From Candidatus Micrarchaeia archaeon (GTDB lineage Archaea > Micrarchaeota > Micrarchaeia > Anstonellales > J096), in NCBI GenBank assembly GCA_041500405.1, contig JBGQMB010000032.1:1-10084 (forward strand): a stretch of 10,084 bases of DNA, read 5' to 3'. Below, piece after piece: positions 6,262 through 10,084 of this stretch. Positions within the stretch are counted from its first letter, which is position 1. The number at the start of each line of letters is the position of its first letter. The notes below the pieces were generated by a model. That model saw nothing but the letters and a program-made list of their open reading frames with translations, did not search any database and was not told the DNA's origin. A program made the translations under genes and the position numbers.

Positions 6262-6960
6262 ATGGAACAAAAAAACGGGTGCTGCGAAACAGGGAAGGAT
6301 AGCGGCCTTGGGAAAGGCAGTGAAGGAAAGAAACCAAATGGCCTGCTTGAAGGCGTAATATACGGCTTGATTCCGCATATGGGATGCATTGCGTTCATAT
6401 TGCTTGCGATATTGGGCGCAACGACAATGAGCGCACTGTTCCAGCCGCTGCTTATGAACAGGAACCTCTTTTATGGGCTGATACTGCTGTCGTTCGCATT
6501 TGCAACGCTTTCGGCAATCATCTACCTAAACAAGAGGGGACTGCTTTCAGCCCAAGGGATAGCAAAGGCCAAGGGATACCTGTCAGTGTTGTACGGAACC
6601 ACAATCGGGGTCAATCTCCTGTTTTTCTTTGTGGTATTCCCGATATTGGCGAATGCGGTGCCGAGCGGACAGCTCAACCAGGCCATCAGCGCCGATGTGT
6701 GCCCGCTGAACTCAACGTCGGAATGCAGCCAGACAGCGCAACTGAGCACATTGGTCATCAAGGTCGACATCCCCTGTTCCGGCCATGCGCCTTTGATAAC
6801 AACGGAGCTATACAAGCTGAGTGGCGTAAGGAACGTGAAATTCACCCCCACGAACCAGTTCACGGTGTCATATGACCCGTCGGTAACCACCAAGGACGGC
6901 ATACTAAGCCTCGGGATATTTAAGACTTATCCCGCAAAAGACATCGGGGGGCAACAATGA
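6262..6960 (+). CDS. 3-TM membrane protein with a C-terminal HMA-like domain (MerT/MerP-fusion-like, 232 aa)
   Basis: N-terminal CC, PHMGC in TM1, three TM segments, then a ferredoxin-like HMA pattern (LVIKVDIPCSGHAPLI..EL.KLSGV.NV...FTVSYDP). ATG 6262 is 31 nt after TTTAATAT (6231). Confidence 0.72.
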   Translation: MEQKNGCCETGKDSGLGKGSEGKKPNGLLEGVIYGLIPHMGCIAFILLAILGATTMSALFQPLLMNRNLFYGLILLSFAFATLSAIIYLNKRGLLSAQGIAKAKGYLSVLYGTTIGVNLLFFFVVFPILANAVPSGQLNQAISADVCPLNSTSECSQTAQLSTLVIKVDIPCSGHAPLITTELYKLSGVRNVKFTPTNQFTVSYDPSVTTKDGILSLGIFKTYPAKDIGGQQ

Positions 6961-7175
6961 AAAAGGCAAGATTATTTATAACGGGGATGGACTGCACAGC
7001 ATGCGCGACGGCCATCGAAAACGCAGTTGGAAAGCAGAAGGGCATTGTTTCCATTGGCGTGAATTCCGTAACCGGCAGGGCCGTTGTAGAGCTTGACGAA
7101 ACGAAAATCCAAATCAAGGACATAATAAAGATAATAAAGGGCCTTGGCTACAAGGCATCCGAGGCGGCAACGTGA
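6957..7175 (+). CDS. copZ: Stand-alone HMA metallochaperone (CopZ-like)
   Basis: 72 aa with GMDCTAC and a terminal LGY loop. ATGA overlap with the upstream gene and a G-rich SD-like site. Confidence 0.88.
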   Translation: MKKARLFITGMDCTACATAIENAVGKQKGIVSIGVNSVTGRAVVELDETKIQIKDIIKIIKGLGYKASEAAT

Positions 7176-7180
7176 TGGCA

Positions 7181-7214
7181 CATATAATGATATTTAGGAT
7201 TTATCCTAAAATAT
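7181..7214 (+). promoter_or_regulatory. Putative internal copA promoter with a palindromic operator
   Basis: ATATAA (7182-7187) is followed by the perfect inverted repeat TTTAGGAT-TT-ATCCTAAA (7193-7210). An SD-like GGTGGGGGAG precedes ATG 7231. Confidence 0.6.
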
Positions 7215-7230
7215 ACGGTGGGGGAGCACA

Positions 7231-9462
7231 ATGAAAACATCAAGGTTACTTATATCCGGCATGCACTGCGCCTCATGCGCAAGCAACATCCAGTCGTCCC
7301 TTGAGAGGGAAGAAGGAATGAAGTCGTTCAAGATAAGCTTCACTGAGGGAAAGGCCCTGGCGGAGTTTGACGAAAAGAGCATAACGGAAGAGGAGATAAT
7401 GAAAAAGGTCGAGGACCTCGGCTACTGGGCCACGGCGGAAGAGGAAATCCTGGAAAAGGAAAAGGAGCAGAAGGCAAAGGAAACCAAGAAAATAGGCGAC
7501 ATGTTCCTTTTGTCATTGCTTTTCTCGCTTCCTGCATTCATAATCGCAATGCCTTTGGCATGGATGGGAATGGAGATTCCCTATGCCCCATACGTCCTTT
7601 TCGCGCTTGCAACGCCCGTGCAATTCGTCGCCGGATTCAGGTTCTACAGGGGCGCGTTCTATGCGCTGAAATCTTTAAGCGCCAACATGGACACGCTCAT
7701 AGCGGTTGGAACGTCGGCCGCCTATTTCTACAGCGCCGCAGTCCTTCTTCTGGGAATGGAGCTGTCCAGCAACATCTATTTTGAGACGTCATCGCTTATC
7801 ATAACAATAGTGCTGTTCGGCAACTGGCTTGAAGCCGTTGCAAAGGGAAAGGCGTCAGAGGCGATAACAAAGCTGGCCCAGCTCCGGCCGGCAATGGCAA
7901 TAGTGAAAAGGAACGGCAAGGACGAGGAGATGCCGGCTGAAAAAATCAAGGCCAGGGACATTGTGATTGTCAAGCCAGGGCAGAAAATACCCGTGGACGG
8001 CATTGTCACGGAGGGCCTTTCCTATGTTGACGAGTCCATGGTCACCGGCGAAAGCATGCCTGTCAGAAAAGTGGAGGGAAGCGCAGTCATAGGCGGCACC
8101 TTGAACGGGTCCGGCTATATCGAGTTCGAGGCGACAAAGGTCGGCAAGGACACTATATTAAACCAGATAATACGGCTGGTCGAGGACGCGCAGACCAGCA
8201 AGGCGCCGATACAAAGGCTTGCGGACAAGGTCAGCGGAATATTTGCAATTGCTGTCATTGCGATTGCGGTAATCGCGTTCTGCGTCTGGCATTATGTATT
8301 GGGCCAGAGCTTTGCGTTTTCAATCGGCATATTCGTCGCAATCCTGGTGATTGCGTGCCCGTGCGCGCTGGGCCTTGCAACGCCTACCGCAATACTTGTC
8401 GGAAGCGGAGTGGGCGCAAGGGACGGCATACTGTTCAAGAGCGCAAGGGCGCTGGAGAACGCGCACAAGGTGACAACCGTTGTTTTCGACAAGACAGGGA
8501 CGCTTACGACCGGCAGGATAGTGGTAACTGACATAGTGCCGCTTGACAAGAAGCTTTCAAGCAAGGACGTGCTTGACCTTGCCGCAATCGCGGAAAGCAA
8601 GTCCGAGCATCCGCTCGCAAAATCAATAATGGAAAGGGCGGCGATGAGCGGCATAACGGTGGAAAAGCCTATGTCATTCGAGTCCATGCCGGGCAAGGGC
8701 ATTGTCGCGGCTTACAAGGGAAAAAACATAACGGCAGGCAGCATTGTGCTGCTGAAGGAGCGCAAAATCGGCTTCACCCAGGACGACGAGAACGCGATAC
8801 TTGCGATAGAAAGGGAGGGCAAGACCGCGATACTTATAGGATATGGAAGGAAGCTCGCAGGCATAGTCGGGGTTGCGGACGAGGTGCGGGACGACGCAAT
8901 AATGGCGGTTTCCGAACTGAAGGCGATGGGCAAGGAAATAACAATGATGACTGGAGACAATGAAAGGGTCGCAAATGCGGTTGCAGCCAAGCTCGGCATA
9001 GGCACGGTCATATCCAGCGTCCTGCCGCAGGAAAAGGAGGCGGAGATAGCAAAGCTCCAGCAGAGCGGCCGCATTGTAGCCATGGTCGGGGACGGCGTCA
9101 ACGACGCGCCCGCATTGGCGAAAGCGGATATCGGCATAGCGATGGGCTCTGCCACCGATGTCGCGCTTGAGGCTGGCGAGATAGTCCTTGTAAGAAACGA
9201 TGTGAAGGACATCGCCGCGGCATTTGACCTTAGCAAATACGTTTTAAGCAAAATAAAGCAGAACCTGTTCTGGGCGTTTTTCTACAACAGCATAGGCATA
9301 CCGATTGCCGCCGGAATCCTTTTCTATCCGCTCGGGTTCCTGCTTAACCCCATGATAGGGGCTGCAACAATGGCATTCAGCTCGCTGTCCGTGGTAACCA
9401 ACGCGCTTCTCATGAGGCGTTATAAAAGAGGAAAGGGCGCCAAGCCCGCTTCCCCAATCTGA
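7231..9462 (+). CDS. copA: Cu(I)-translocating P1B-1 ATPase CopA
   Basis: One N-terminal GMHCASC HMA domain, plus TGES, CPC, DKTGT, SEHP, GDGVND, the TM YN motif (FFYN) and MxxSS (MAFSS). Confidence 0.96.
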   Translation: MKTSRLLISGMHCASCASNIQSSLEREEGMKSFKISFTEGKALAEFDEKSITEEEIMKKVEDLGYWATAEEEILEKEKEQKAKETKKIGDMFLLSLLFSLPAFIIAMPLAWMGMEIPYAPYVLFALATPVQFVAGFRFYRGAFYALKSLSANMDTLIAVGTSAAYFYSAAVLLLGMELSSNIYFETSSLIITIVLFGNWLEAVAKGKASEAITKLAQLRPAMAIVKRNGKDEEMPAEKIKARDIVIVKPGQKIPVDGIVTEGLSYVDESMVTGESMPVRKVEGSAVIGGTLNGSGYIEFEATKVGKDTILNQIIRLVEDAQTSKAPIQRLADKVSGIFAIAVIAIAVIAFCVWHYVLGQSFAFSIGIFVAILVIACPCALGLATPTAILVGSGVGARDGILFKSARALENAHKVTTVVFDKTGTLTTGRIVVTDIVPLDKKLSSKDVLDLAAIAESKSEHPLAKSIMERAAMSGITVEKPMSFESMPGKGIVAAYKGKNITAGSIVLLKERKIGFTQDDENAILAIEREGKTAILIGYGRKLAGIVGVADEVRDDAIMAVSELKAMGKEITMMTGDNERVANAVAAKLGIGTVISSVLPQEKEAEIAKLQQSGRIVAMVGDGVNDAPALAKADIGIAMGSATDVALEAGEIVLVRNDVKDIAAAFDLSKYVLSKIKQNLFWAFFYNSIGIPIAAGILFYPLGFLLNPMIGAATMAFSSLSVVTNALLMRRYKRGKGAKPASPI

Positions 9463-9495
9463 CGCGCATGTCCCCAGGGGCGCTTAGCCAGTTTC

Positions 9496-10083
9496 TTAAA
9501 TTGACGTCTTGGAAAACAGGTATGACGCCACGCCAAGCGATGCCACAAGCGAAACCCCTACAACAGCCGCATCAAGCATCAGCGGGAAACTGCCCTGGCC
9601 TATCAGCAGGAATCTCAGCCCGTCAACGGCATAGCTTATCGGGTTAAGCTGGCTCAATGTACTTAGCCAACTGGGCATCTGGTCCATCGGGAAAAGCGCG
9701 TTTGAAAGGAAGAACAGCGGCATTATCAGCAGGTTCATTATCAGCTGGAATGTCTCAACCTCCTGGACAACCGACGCTATCGCGATTCCAACCGCAACAA
9801 GGAAGCATAAAAACGCCACCATCAGCGCAAGCATGCCCGCAAGATGCAGGACAGAAGGGATTTGGATTCCCGTTATCAGTATGCCCAATATCAAAATCAC
9901 GATTCCCTGCAATATCGCTGTCGTCGCCCCGCCGAGCGTCCTGCCTATGACGATTGTTTCGCGGCTTGCAGGCGCGACCAGCATCTCCTTCAAAAACCCG
10001 AACTCGCGGTCCCATATTATGGATATGCCCGAGAAAATCGAAGTAAAAAGAAGGCTCATTGCCAGTATTCCCGGAAGTATGAA
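9496..10083 (-). CDS. ABC-2 type exporter permease (DrrB/YadH-like), 5'-truncated by the window edge
   Basis: The frame is open to the right edge (FILPGILAMSLLF...). Contains WDREFGFLKEMLVAP, PLFFLSNALFP and NPISYAVDGLR. Confidence 0.92.
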   Translation of the reverse strand, partial: FILPGILAMSLLFTSIFSGISIIWDREFGFLKEMLVAPASRETIVIGRTLGGATTAILQGIVILILGILITGIQIPSVLHLAGMLALMVAFLCFLVAVGIAIASVVQEVETFQLIMNLLIMPLFFLSNALFPMDQMPSWLSTLSQLNPISYAVDGLRFLLIGQGSFPLMLDAAVVGVSLVASLGVASYLFSKTSI

Positions 10084-10084
10084 C

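Noticed and set aside
6957..7231. copZ as a frameshifted first metal-binding domain of copA
   Set aside because: copZ has a clean stop, and a 55-nt spacer carries its own TATA-like box, palindrome and SD before the copA ATG.
7776..9251. Long antisense ORFs inside copA (and similar shadow ORFs inside tsaC, DUF373 and the ankyrin genes)
   Set aside because: They are shadows of real genes caused by codon bias, with no independent coding signal.
9463..9495. GC-rich CCCC-A-GGGG element between convergent copA and the ABC permease
   Set aside because: The stem is too short and lacks a T-tract, so a terminator call cannot be supported.

Overview
Archaeal genomic window. The class I LysRS, Rpo11, Ser/His signal peptidase, DUF373 and TATA/BRE promoters mark it as archaeal; a DPANN/Micrarchaeota-like origin is only a guess. 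The left part is housekeeping: 3' end of class I lysS, single-domain TsaC, a signal peptidase I with a large Cys-containing insertion, rpoL, and a DUF373 membrane protein with a PRC-barrel-like tail. The middle holds two tandem ankyrin genes that share a 26-nt upstream promoter motif and a Cys four residues from the C-terminus, preceded by a double palindrome and followed by a convergent CDP-alcohol phosphatidyltransferase. The right part is a heavy-metal (probably copper) locus. It comprises a 2-TM winged-HTH protein with a C-x-H-x3-C-x-M loop, a duplicated 42-bp operator/TATA module (TGAAAC-N2-GTTTCA), a 3-TM MerT/MerP-like protein with HxxC and CxxH motifs, a CopZ-like chaperone, a second different palindrome, and CopA. 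A convergent, truncated ABC-2 permease ends the window. The best candidates for an undescribed system are the membrane-anchored one-component metal sensor with its operators and MerTP-like partner, and the ankyrin cassettes. All family calls come from motif recognition by eye; no database search was run.
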